This document shows, piece by piece, positions 47,846-57,757 of a stretch of 64,000 bases of DNA. Under the pieces are notes generated by a model, which searched no databases, was not told the origin of the DNA, and saw only the letters and a list, made by a program, of their open reading frames with translations. Position numbers and translations under genes: made by a program. Position 1 is the stretch's first letter. The number at the start of each line of letters is the position of its first letter. This DNA is from Rebecca billardiae RCC1528 (taxonomy: Eukaryota; Protista; Haptophyta), in contig OZ251252.1 in assembly GCA_965240325.2 (NCBI GenBank), positions 310,001-374,000 on the forward strand. The letters run 5' to 3'.

Positions 47846-48439
47846 GCGCGCAATCCACTCGCTCCCACTACTACTACTCACTTAGTAACTGCTGCTGCTG
47901 CGACTGCTTCTCACCAGCACGCAGCCGCGCGGCCGCACTCGGCACTGCCAGCTACCGGGCCTCCCGGCCGCCGTCCGCCCGAGCGGGCGAGAGGCGCGCC
48001 AGCGCCGCGCCGCCGTCGGCACCGACGCACGACAGCCGCCGTGCTGACTCGGGGTGAAACCGACGGCGGCGCGCCGCCGCGGCTTGCCGCCGCCGGGCGC
48101 CGCCAGTCCTTACGGACGGCGGCCTCGGCACTCGCGCGGGCGGGCATGGCGCCCTCAGAACGCGGCGCAGCCCCTGACGTCACCCCGCGGCGTGCTCGGA
48201 CTCGCCGCCCGTGGCTCGCGCGCGCGTTCCGCCCGGTGTACATCGTCTAGCGCATGACTACCGACGCGACTGTTATCATAGCTACCCCGACCGTGTCAGA
48301 TGCCGATGGCGCCGGCGGCGGTGATCATCAAGAGTCAGTGAGTGACGGAGGACCGTCTGTCTTTTTGACGAGCGGGCCTTTTTTATTTTTCGCGGCAGCA
48401 GAGCGGGCGCAAAAACAAATATGTGGCGAAAAAAGAACG

Positions 48440-50806
48440 ATGGCGACCGCCGTCGGCCGCCGCGCGCTGCTAGCGGCGCTGGCGTGGGGCTACGCGTGCG
48501 CGCGGCCGCACGCGGCGCCGAACAGCACCTCCGCGCCCGACGCGCGGCTCAACGTGCTGCACATCGTCGCGCACGACCTCCGCGCCGACTTTGACGGGCC
48601 GAACACGCGCGCGCTCGCGCGCGAGGGCGCGCGCTTTGCGCTCGCGTTCTCCAACGCGCCCTTCTGCGCGCCGAGCCGGCACTCGTTCCTCACTGGCCGC
48701 CGGCCCGCGGTCACGCGGGTCCACACCTTCGTCCGCCGCGACGATGAGGCGCGCTGGACCTCGCTCCCGCGCGCGTTTCGAGACGCGGGCTACGCCACCG
48801 CCACGGTCGGATTCTCGACCGGATTTGCATGCACGGGCTGCTGGTCGCAGCCGGAGGTCGCGGTGATGCGCGGGTGCCACTCGTGCCCGCAGGCGGACCA
48901 CGTGGCGGCGCGCACGGCGGGGCGGCTGATCACCGACTGGGCGCGCGCGAACGCCGGCGCGGGCGCACCCGACGGCGCGCACGGCGGGCGGCGGCGCGCG
49001 GCCCAACGCGCGGAGCGCCGCTGGGGCGGTGGGCCGGGCGGTGGCGCCGCCGCCGCCGCCGCGTCGCTCGTGCACCCCGAGCCGTCGGCGCTGCCCCCCG
49101 CGCAGCCGTGGTACCTGCTCGTCGGCTTCGTCGGCGGGCACCTGCCCCACGTCGTGCCGGAGGCGGCGAGCGCCGCCGCGGGGCAAAGGCTGCGCCGCGC
49201 CATTGCGGCGGCGACGCACACGCGGCCGGCGGGAGGAGGTGGCGCCATCTCGGCGGAGGCGAGATTGCGGCCGGCGGGAGGAGGTGCGACGTCGTCGGGC
49301 GCGCCGCTGTGCCGGCTGCGCCCGCCGAGCGGCGCGCACGCGCACACCGTGCCCGCGCCCTCGCGCCAGCGCGTGTGGCGGCCCGGCCAGCGCCTCCGCG
49401 CCCTCCGCGACGCGCTCGCAGCCTACGCGCACCTCGACGCCGCCCTCGGCCTCCTGCTCCGCGCGGCGCGCGGCGCGCCTGGCGGCGTGTACGAGCGGCG
49501 CACCGTGGTCTGCTTCCACGCGGACCACGGCCTCTCCGTGGGCGAGTACGGCGTACCCGGGAAGAAGGGCAAGCTGCTCGACGTGGACACGCGTGTGCCC
49601 CTCGTCCTGCGCGTGCCCCCGCCGCTGCCGCCGCCAACGGGGGTGCCCGTGGCGCCGTCGGCCGCGTGGCGTGGCGCACCGCGACGGCTCACGCCCCTCG
49701 CGGCCGCGCGCGGCGGGGACGGCGGTGGCACCGCCGACGACGGCATGGGATGGTCGAGCGGTGGCGCGGGCGGCGAGGGCGGCGGTCGCACCGCCGCCGG
49801 CGGGTTGCGCGTGCCGAGCGGTGGCGCGGGCGGCGAGGGCGGCGGCGACGGGCCAGGGCGCGTGGTCTGGTCGGAGGTGGTCGAGCTCGTGGACGTGTAC
49901 CCGACGCTGCTCTGTGCCGCGCTGCAGGGCGTTGGCAGCGGCGGCGCCGTCCCCAGATCGCAATCTCGAACTGCTCCCCGCGCCCAGGGCGCGCGCGGCG
50001 CGTGGCAAAGCGCCGCCGCCGCGGACGGCGACGGCGCGTGCGGCGGCGGCGGCGCGTGGCGCCGGTCGGAGCCGCCGCTCGCCGGTCGATCGCTGCTGCC
50101 GCTGCTGCTGCGCGCGCAGGCGGGCGCGGCAGGCGGCGTCGAGGGCGCGCCGGCGCACGCCGCGCACGCCGACGGCGCCGCGCGCGCCGAGATCGCAATC
50201 TCGTCCACCAACCCGCGCGCCCAGATCGCAATCTCGACCTACCCGCGCTGCCCCATGCACGGCGGCAAGGACTGGGCGTGCCGCCGCGCGTGGGACGGTC
50301 GGATCGAGGTGATGGGCACGAGCGTGCGCACGGCGCACTGGCGGTATGTGATCTGGGCGCCGTGGGTACGGAGCGGCGGCGGCGAGGTGGCTGCCGCCGC
50401 CGGTGGCAACCGCTCCGCGGCGTCCGGGTATGCGCACGCCCCGGACTTTGGTGCGCACGCCCCGGACTTTGGTGCGCACGCCCCGGACTTTGGCGCGCAC
50501 GCCCCGGACTTTGGTGCGCGCGGCTGCTGCGCGGAGGAGCTGTACTTCTACCCGGCGGGCCTCTACTCCGACGAGTCCCGGCACAGCACCGGCGGCGGGT
50601 ACCGATGGCCCGCGCTCGACTTGGCCGTTGAGACGGCCAACGTCGCCAGCGCACACCCCCAGGTGGCGCGCGCGCTGCGGAGGGTCGCGGTCGCGTCGTG
50701 GGGGCGCGCGCACGCGCTGGAGGGCGGCGAGCGGCCGAGGCCAGTGCCGTTGCCGCCGGAGGTCATGTCGCCTGCTGGCTCTGCCGCGCTCACGCCGATG
50801 GGCTGA
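48440..50806 (+). CDS. Secreted formylglycine-type sulfatase, iduronate-2-sulfatase-like
   Basis: Signal peptide; NVLHIVAHDLR; CAPSRHSFLTGRRP (CxPxR); HLPH; ADHGLSVGE..KGKL..TRVPL; VELVDVYPTL; STYPRCP; MGTSVRT..WRY; ELY. Confidence 0.85.
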   Translation: MATAVGRRALLAALAWGYACARPHAAPNSTSAPDARLNVLHIVAHDLRADFDGPNTRALAREGARFALAFSNAPFCAPSRHSFLTGRRPAVTRVHTFVRRDDEARWTSLPRAFRDAGYATATVGFSTGFACTGCWSQPEVAVMRGCHSCPQADHVAARTAGRLITDWARANAGAGAPDGAHGGRRRAAQRAERRWGGGPGGGAAAAAASLVHPEPSALPPAQPWYLLVGFVGGHLPHVVPEAASAAAGQRLRRAIAAATHTRPAGGGGAISAEARLRPAGGGATSSGAPLCRLRPPSGAHAHTVPAPSRQRVWRPGQRLRALRDALAAYAHLDAALGLLLRAARGAPGGVYERRTVVCFHADHGLSVGEYGVPGKKGKLLDVDTRVPLVLRVPPPLPPPTGVPVAPSAAWRGAPRRLTPLAAARGGDGGGTADDGMGWSSGGAGGEGGGRTAAGGLRVPSGGAGGEGGGDGPGRVVWSEVVELVDVYPTLLCAALQGVGSGGAVPRSQSRTAPRAQGARGAWQSAAAADGDGACGGGGAWRRSEPPLAGRSLLPLLLRAQAGAAGGVEGAPAHAAHADGAARAEIAISSTNPRAQIAISTYPRCPMHGGKDWACRRAWDGRIEVMGTSVRTAHWRYVIWAPWVRSGGGEVAAAAGGNRSAASGYAHAPDFGAHAPDFGAHAPDFGAHAPDFGARGCCAEELYFYPAGLYSDESRHSTGGGYRWPALDLAVETANVASAHPQVARALRRVAVASWGRAHALEGGERPRPVPLPPEVMSPAGSAALTPMG
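50432..50519 (+). repeat. In-frame 21-bp tandem repeat (AHAPDFG)x4 in the sulfatase
   Basis: GCGCACGCCCCGGACTTTGG(T/C) x4. Confidence 0.9.
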
Positions 50807-51259
50807 CCGGCAGCGGGCGGGGGCGATCGAAGCTGCCCGTGGCGTAGTGGGAGCCGCGGGGCGGCGCGGCGGGCTGTGCATCCGCCGCACTGCGCCCGAC
50901 GCCGCGCCTGCACTGCCTCGCTCAGTGCGCAGGGTGGCCGCCTGCCCCGTGCCCGGGGGCCAGCAGCCTGGTTGGCACTTGACTAGCTGCCGCTCGGCCT
51001 GTGCTCGGGCCTGTTGACGACGCCGACTGCGTCGCCTGCGTCCACGTCGGCCCACACCTCCCGTCGTGCGGGCTGGCTCGAGGGAGGGAGTGTCCCGTTG
51101 CCGTTGCTCTCCGCTCGGTTGCTGCCTTGCTCTCGCCGGACTGGTCAGGACTTGCTGCAGCCTGCAAGCGCGCGCGCGCCACGCCGAGGTCGCTCGCCGC
51201 GTCCGCCACGCCGCGCGCGCCGAGGACGCGCGCGAGTTCTCCCCGCACGGCCGGCCCGG

Positions 51260-54200
51260 ATGGCGTCGGCGGGTCCGCTCCAGCTCGCGCTTGCCGCCGA
51301 GCTGCGCGGCCACGAGCAGGACGTGCGCAGCGTCGCCGCCTCGCCCGCGGGCGACGTGGTCACGGCGTCGCGCGACGCCTCGATTCGCGTGTGGCGGCGC
51401 GAGACGGATGGCGCGCGGTACGAGCAGACGCGCACGCTGGTCGGGCACTCGCACTACGTGGGCGCGGTGACGACGATGGGCCCCGACGGCCAGGTCGTCT
51501 CCGGCTCCAACGACAAGCACGTCATCGTCTGGGACGGCGAGGGCGGCTCCCCCTCCCACATCCTGGAGGGGCACTCGGAGGTCGTCGCGTGCGTCGCGGC
51601 GACGGAGGGCGGCGACGTGGTCTCGGGCTCGTGGGACAAGTGCGCGCGCGGATCGGGCGCGCGCGCCGCCGCAACCGCCCTCGCGCGCCGCGCCGCGCGC
51701 CGCGCTCACGCGCAGTCGCCGCGCGCGCGCGCGCGCGCGCGCATCGCCCGCGGCACCGCGCGCGCAGGACTGTGCGCGTGTGGCGCGAGGGCGGCGCCGG
51801 TGCGTGCGAGGTGCTGAGCGGGCACGGGCAGGCGGTGTGGGCCGTGCTCCCGCTCCCCGACGGCGCGGGCATCGCCTCCGCCTCGGGCGACCGCACCGTC
51901 CGCATCTGGCGCGACGGCGCGTGCGCAGTGACCCTGACTGGTCACACCGACGTCGTGCGGGCGTTGGCGCTCGTGCCGGGGGTCGGGCTGGCGTCCGCGT
52001 CGAACGACGGGACGGTGCGGCTGTGGACGCTCGACGGCGCGTGCATCCGCACCATCCACGCCTCCGACTCCTTCGTCTACGGCGTCGCCGTGCTGCCGAG
52101 CGGCCACCTGGCCGCGTGCGGCGAGGACCGAACTTTGAGAATCTTCTCAGCGGCCGACGGCGCGTGCGTGCAGGCGATCCCGCACCCGGCGCCGGTGTGG
52201 GCGGTGGCCGTGCTGCCGAGCGGCGACGTGGCCACCGGCTGCGCCGACGCCGTCGCGCGCGTCTTCACCGCCGAGCCCGCGCGCCGCGCGGACGCGGACA
52301 CGGCTGCTGCGTTTGAGCAGCAGGTGGCGGCGCAGCGCATCCCGGCTACCGAGATACCGGGGCAGGTGTGCGCGTGCGCGGGCTGGCGGGGCGCGCGCGC
52401 GCGCAGGGGCGGCGGTGCACGCGCGCGCGCGCGGTGCGGCGCCGCCGCGTTCGTTCACGCAGCGGCAAGGGCTGGGGTCGGGTAGGGTCAGCGCGTGCGC
52501 GCCGCCCCGCCCACCGCCGCCCTGACTGAGCTGCCGCGCGCGCCCCGGCGTGCCTCCGCGGCGCGCAGGTGGGCGGGGTGGACGTTGCCGCGCTGCCCGA
52601 CGAGTCGGCGCTCGGCACGCCAGGCGCCAAGGAGGGCCAGTACAAAATCGTCCGCTCGGCGGCCGGCACGCCGACCATCTACACGTGGTCGGTCGCGGAA
52701 GGTTCGTGGAAGAAGCTCGGCGACGTTGTGAGCGACCCTCATGCGGAGGCGGGCGCGGCGGGCGGCGGCGGGGCCGCGGGCGGGATCGGCGTGAGTGCCT
52801 CGGGCGGGCGCACGCACAAGGGCAAGCAGTACGACTTTGTGTTCGACGTCGACATTGCCGAGGGCCAGCCGCCGCTGCCGCTCGCGTACAACCGCACCGA
52901 CGACCCCTGGACGGTCGCGCAGGCGTTTCTCCACGAGCACGACCTGCCCCAGTCCTACCTGGAGCAGACGGCGTCGTTCATCATCCAGAACGCCGGCCCG
53001 CCGCCCTCCACGGTGCGCAACGTCGACCCGTTCACCGCGGGCGGCGCGTACGTGCCGCCTCCGCCCGGCGGCGGCGGCGGCGCGGCCGGCGGCGCCGCCG
53101 CCGCCGCGCGCAACGCCGACCCCTTCACAGCGGCGGGCGCGTACGTGGCTGGCAGCGCACCGCACCCGGCGGTGGGCGCGGCCGGCGGCGGCGGCGGCGG
53201 CGGCACGGAGGACGGACTCACCGCCTCGCGCTACCGCCCGGGCGACGCGTCCGGCGGCGCGGGCGGCGCGGGCGCGGGCGTCGGCGCCGGCGGCGCGGGC
53301 GGCCCCACGTTTCCGCAGCGCTCGCCGTGGCTCTTCGACGCGCTGCCCAAGCCGGACACGGTGAGCGCCAAGCTTGCCGAGCTGAACAGCGCGCTGCGCG
53401 CCGCCGGCGACGCGCGCGCGCTGAGCGAGGAGCAGAGCGCGGCTCTGGCCGAGCTGGCGCGCGCGCTGGGCGGCGCGGGCACCGCCGCAGGGCAGCCGCC
53501 GCGCGCCGCGGTCGCCGACGCTCAGCTCAGCGCGCTGCTGAGCGCCGCGCTCAGCTGGCCACCGAGTTCGGCCTTCCCCGCGCTGGACCTGCTGCGTGTC
53601 GCGATGGCGGCGCCGGGCGTCGCCGCGAGGCTCGCCGCCGCCACGTCGAGCGGCGCCGCGCCCGCGCTCACCCCGCGGCTGCTGTCCCTGCTCGGCGCGG
53701 ACGCGGCCGCGCCGCCGCCGACCGTGGTGATGGCGCTGCGGGCGCTGGCCAACATGTGCGCGCTCGGCGAATTGCACGGCGCGGTGGGCGAGCACGCGGC
53801 GGCGGTGCTTGAGGCCGCGTCGGAGCAGCTCAGCGCCGCGCCCAACGCGCAGGCGCGCACCGCCGCGGCGACGGTGCGCGCGGCGCGCGCCTCACGCGCG
53901 CGCGAGCGAGCGAGTGGGCGGGTGCTGCGCGCGGGCGGCGCGCGCGCGCGCGGCGGGGCCGGCGCAGCGGCCGAGGTCGGCGCGCCCCAGGCCCGCCTGA
54001 CTGTGTGCGCGTGCGCGTGCGTGCTGCCGTGTGCTGCGCTGCGCTGCGCAGCTGCTGCTCAACTTCTCCGTGTTCGTGCGCTCCTCGCCCGCCTCGGAGG
54101 AGGAGGCGCAGGCGCAGGTGGGCGCGCGCGCCCACGCGCGCACACGCGCACGCGGGCGCGCGCACACGCGCACATGCGCACACGCGCACATGCGCACACG

Positions 54201-54832
54201 CGCGCGCATGCCCGCGTCGGCCGCCTCGCGGCCGTGGCCACGGGCGCTGCCCGCGCGGGCCGCGGGGCGGCGCGGTGTGGGCGCGGCCGAGGTGCGCTCA
54301 CCGCCACTGCCTGCCGCGCGCGCCGCGCCGCCCCTCGCCCCCCTGCGCTTCGTGTTTTTTTGGGATTTATTTTTTGGATTTATTCTTGGCAATTCAGATT
54401 CTCTCCGCGGTGGCGCCCGCGCTCGCGGCCGCCGCGTCTGGGGGCGCGTTGGGCACCGCGCCAGCTGCCGAGCTCGAGGTGCGCCGCTGCGCCCGCGGAG
54501 GCGCGTGTGCGCGCCAGGCGGCTGCCCCTGCGCGCGCGGCCGCGTGCGCCACGGAGCCCGCCGCCGCGCCGCCGCCGCCACGCCCGCGCCCACGCCGTGC
54601 CCCCCGCGCCGCCCCCCCCCCCTCCCCCCGCCCGCAGGCGCTCCGTCGCCTGCTCCTGGCCGTGGGCACGCTCGCGCACTCGGCGCAGGGGGCCGGTTTC
54701 GTCAGGCAGCTCGTAACGGACCTCGGGATCTCCGAGAGCATCGCGCAGCTCGCGGCGCCGGGCGCGGCGCCGGGCTCGGCCGCCGCGGCGCTGGGCGCGT
54801 GCGCGGCGCAGCTCAAGCAGCTGCTGGGCTGA
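51260..54832 (+). CDS. PLAA: Phospholipase A2-activating protein / Doa1 / Ufd3 (WD40-PFU-PUL); exons 51260-51639, 51768-52365, 52569-53873, 54052-54117, 54398-54478, 54638-54832
   Basis: LRGHEQDVRSV..ASRD WD40 repeats; PFU GKQYDFVFDVDI..LAYN..DPW.VAQAFL..YLEQ..FI; DPFT motifs; PUL WP..FPALDLLR..LLLNFS..LLAVGTL. Confidence 0.92.
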
Positions 54833-55703
54833 GACGGGGGCTGGAGGGTCCTGCTAGGGCCTGGCCAGGGGGCCCGGACTCGGAGGCAGGCGTGCGCGGG
54901 CCGCGCGCGCCGCCGCCGCCTGCTCGTGGCGACCGCGCCTGGTCGGCGGATTGTCGCTCGACGCCGGTGTGAGCTAGGCAGCGGGAAGGGGGCGCGCGCC
55001 GACGAGGCGGCCGCGGGCATGCACTGATGCAGACAGCGCGCGCGCGGCGACGGTCGTACGATCAGATAAGCTGCGCTATATGATATGATGTCGTATATGC
55101 TGTAGTCACAGCGCGTACCGCATGATGATGCGGCGCCTACTAAGTCGTACTACTACTAGCAGAGCGGCGCGCCAGGAATGAGGACCTGAGTGAATGAGGA
55201 AACTAGGAAAGGATGACGTCCGAGCAAAGGTCATATATATATCCATATAAGTGCTCCGGAAGGCGCTCGGCCGCGGCGGCATCTGCCGTCGCCGCCGCGT
55301 GCCCCAGGCCGAGGCGGTGCTCCATCCCGGCCCCGCTCCCGTAGGGGGGCAGGGCTGCGGGTGGCGCACTGTCTGACCTGGACGGAAGGCGCGGACGCAT
55401 TGAGTATTGACTATGTGTCTGTTTAGTACAGACTGAGATCCTCACTACTCCTAAATACGTCATTGATCCGCCCGGCGTCGCGTTCTGACCTCGCGGTCCG
55501 AGCCACATACAGAGTCAGAGTCACAGACTGAACCGTGAACGGCCAGCGTCCGCGGTCCGGCGGCGGCTGTGAGGCTCCCGCCGGAGGCCGTCGTGGCGTC
55601 GGCACTCCGCGGGGCTGCCCGCGCGGCGGGTGGGAGGTCGCTTGCGAATGGCATCTGCCCGATCCGGCGGCACCCTGCTGACACTCCCTGGTGCAACCCG
55701 CCG

Positions 55704-56699
55704 TCAGTCCAGCACCGCCAGCAGCACGTCCATGGGCCAGGTGGTCTCCGGCTCCCCGTGCTGCGCCGGCTTGATGAGCTCGGCGGCGCCGCCGCGCGGC
55801 GAGGCGAGCCCGGCTGGCGCCAACCAGTCGAGCGGCCCGAGCATCTCGTGCACGGCGGCGAGGAAGCCAGCGACGAAGCACGACGTGTCAACCGCTGCGG
55901 CGGCGGCCGCCGTGGCGGCCGCGCTGGGCGGCGCCTCGCCGACGTCTGCGCCGCCCGCGGCCGGCGGCGCGAGCCCGGCCGGCACCGCCCCTGCCGTCGC
56001 GGTCCGGTCGGCCGCGCCGCGGCCAGGGCCCTCGTCCGGCGCCGGCGCGTGGTGTTCAAGGTTGGCATTGTCGGGGTCTGTCCACGCGGCGGGCTGCGCC
56101 GACCAGAACGACGACGGCGGCGCCTCAGCCCGCAGCTCGCCGTCCGGCATGTTGACGACCGGCGGCGCGTGCAGCGGCGACGCGATCGGGAGCGCGGGCT
56201 GCGGGGGCGACGAGACGGGGGCGGCGGCGGGCGCCCATGCGCCGAAGGCGGGCATGGGCGTGGCCAGCGCCGGCGGGAGCGCGACCACGCGCGTCATGGG
56301 CTGGGCGTGCGCCACCACCGGCGCTGCGCCGGCGGCGGCGAGTGGAGGCGCGCTGCCAGTGCCATCGGACGCGCCGCCGTCGTCGTCGTCGTCGTCGAGC
56401 GCCATGTGCGGGCGGTAGCGCCTGTTCTGGAACCAGATCTGCACCTGCCGTGGCGTCGTGTCCAGGTATAGGGCGAGGTACTCGCGCTGAGCCCTGTTCG
56501 GGTACGGGTGCTCCTTGTAGACGTGCTGCAGAAGCCACCGTTGTGCGCGCGTAGCGCGCCACCGCGGCGGCGACGGCGGCGGCGCAGAGGAGGGCGGCGA
56601 GCCTGCCGAGCGCGCCGGCTGGCCTCGATGCGCTTGGAGCTCCGGAGCCGTCGGAATGGCCTGCAAGAGCGTCGTGGCGGTCGTGACGGGAGGTCGCAT
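55704..56699 (-). CDS. Homeodomain transcription factor (non-TALE, Q50), intronless, 331 aa
   Basis: RWRATRAQRWLLQHVYKEHPYPNRAQREYLALYLDTTPRQVQIWFQNRRYR. Confidence 0.88.
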   Translation of the reverse strand: MRPPVTTATTLLQAIPTAPELQAHRGQPARSAGSPPSSAPPPSPPRWRATRAQRWLLQHVYKEHPYPNRAQREYLALYLDTTPRQVQIWFQNRRYRPHMALDDDDDDGGASDGTGSAPPLAAAGAAPVVAHAQPMTRVVALPPALATPMPAFGAWAPAAAPVSSPPQPALPIASPLHAPPVVNMPDGELRAEAPPSSFWSAQPAAWTDPDNANLEHHAPAPDEGPGRGAADRTATAGAVPAGLAPPAAGGADVGEAPPSAAATAAAAAAVDTSCFVAGFLAAVHEMLGPLDWLAPAGLASPRGGAAELIKPAQHGEPETTWPMDVLLAVLD

Positions 56700-56854
56700 G
56701 GCGTGCGTGCGCTCACTTGACGAGAAGGCGGAGGTGAGGGGCCGTGGGCGCACTGATGAAGGGCGCGTCGCCCGGTCGGGGAAACGCTGCGAGTAGATAG
56801 ATTCCCGTCTCGAAATCACGATCTCCGCTATCATACCCCCATTCTTGATTTGCA

Positions 56855-57200
56855 GGCATTGATACGCGTTGGGCGACCCCCGATCGCAGCGGTTCAGCCA
56901 TTTTTCGAACATGGAGCCTATTCATTGACGGTACAAGGCATGACGGCGAATGAATATAAGCACTGGATGCTATTCATTCAAGCAACCGCAGGTCAAAACC
57001 GAGAAGATTCGCCCAAATGCTCATTGACTAAAGTAGCCCATCGGCACATTTCAAAATTGACGGTTGAGTACAGTTTACTAAGAATAAGAGACGCACACAG
57101 CTCAGGCAGGCGAGATTGACGCCCGCCAACTGTCACCGCCCATGAAGCCGTCGCCGATGGTAGCGCCGCCGGAAAGTTTGGTTGTCTTTATATTCATTGA
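56855..57200. promoter_or_regulatory. Cluster of TATTCATT / ATTGA motifs upstream of the homeobox gene
   Basis: TATTCATT at 56919, 56949 (reverse), 56971 and 57191; ATTGAC at ~56924, 57023, 57056 and 57115. Confidence 0.5.
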
Positions 57201-57757
57201 TCAGGCGGGAGTCTCAAACGGACTTAACAGAGATGCCGATATGTTCGCCGGTCGGACTGATTAATATGGGTTGGCGCTGCGCGTCAACTTGGGCTGGAAA
57301 CCTGTTTCTGAAACGCACGATGGCACGCCGGGCCGGTGGCCCGAGCTCGGAATTCCGACGCTGCCAACGGCGCCACAGGGGCGCAGCGGCGGGGCTGACG
57401 ACGCGCGCGCGTGTGCACGTCTGACCACGCGCTGCAATGACTGGCCCGTCTGCAGCACCACGCCCCGCGCTGTGAGTGAGAGTGTGGCCCGCGCCCAAGC
57501 GAGAACGCGGGCCCCGCGGGCGGCACTCTGCACTCTGAGCCTGACGCTTGTCCGCGATGCTGCCACGTCGTTAAATATATATCATCATCATAGCGCTAGC
57601 TAGGTATATACTACCGCATCAGCAGCACAAAGCACGCGCGCGCAGCGCATCATCTGCTGAGGCTTCGCTGGCGGCGGCCGCGCGCCAGACCGGCGCGGCG
57701 GTGTGCGGAAGAGACGGCGGAGTAGTGATGTCTGATGACGAGTACAGCCGGCGGTCA

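Noticed and set aside
1-54832. Functional ubiquitin-pathway gene cluster (APC1, U-box protein, PLAA)
   Set aside because: The genes are tens of kb apart with unrelated genes between them; such genes are common enough to co-occur by chance.
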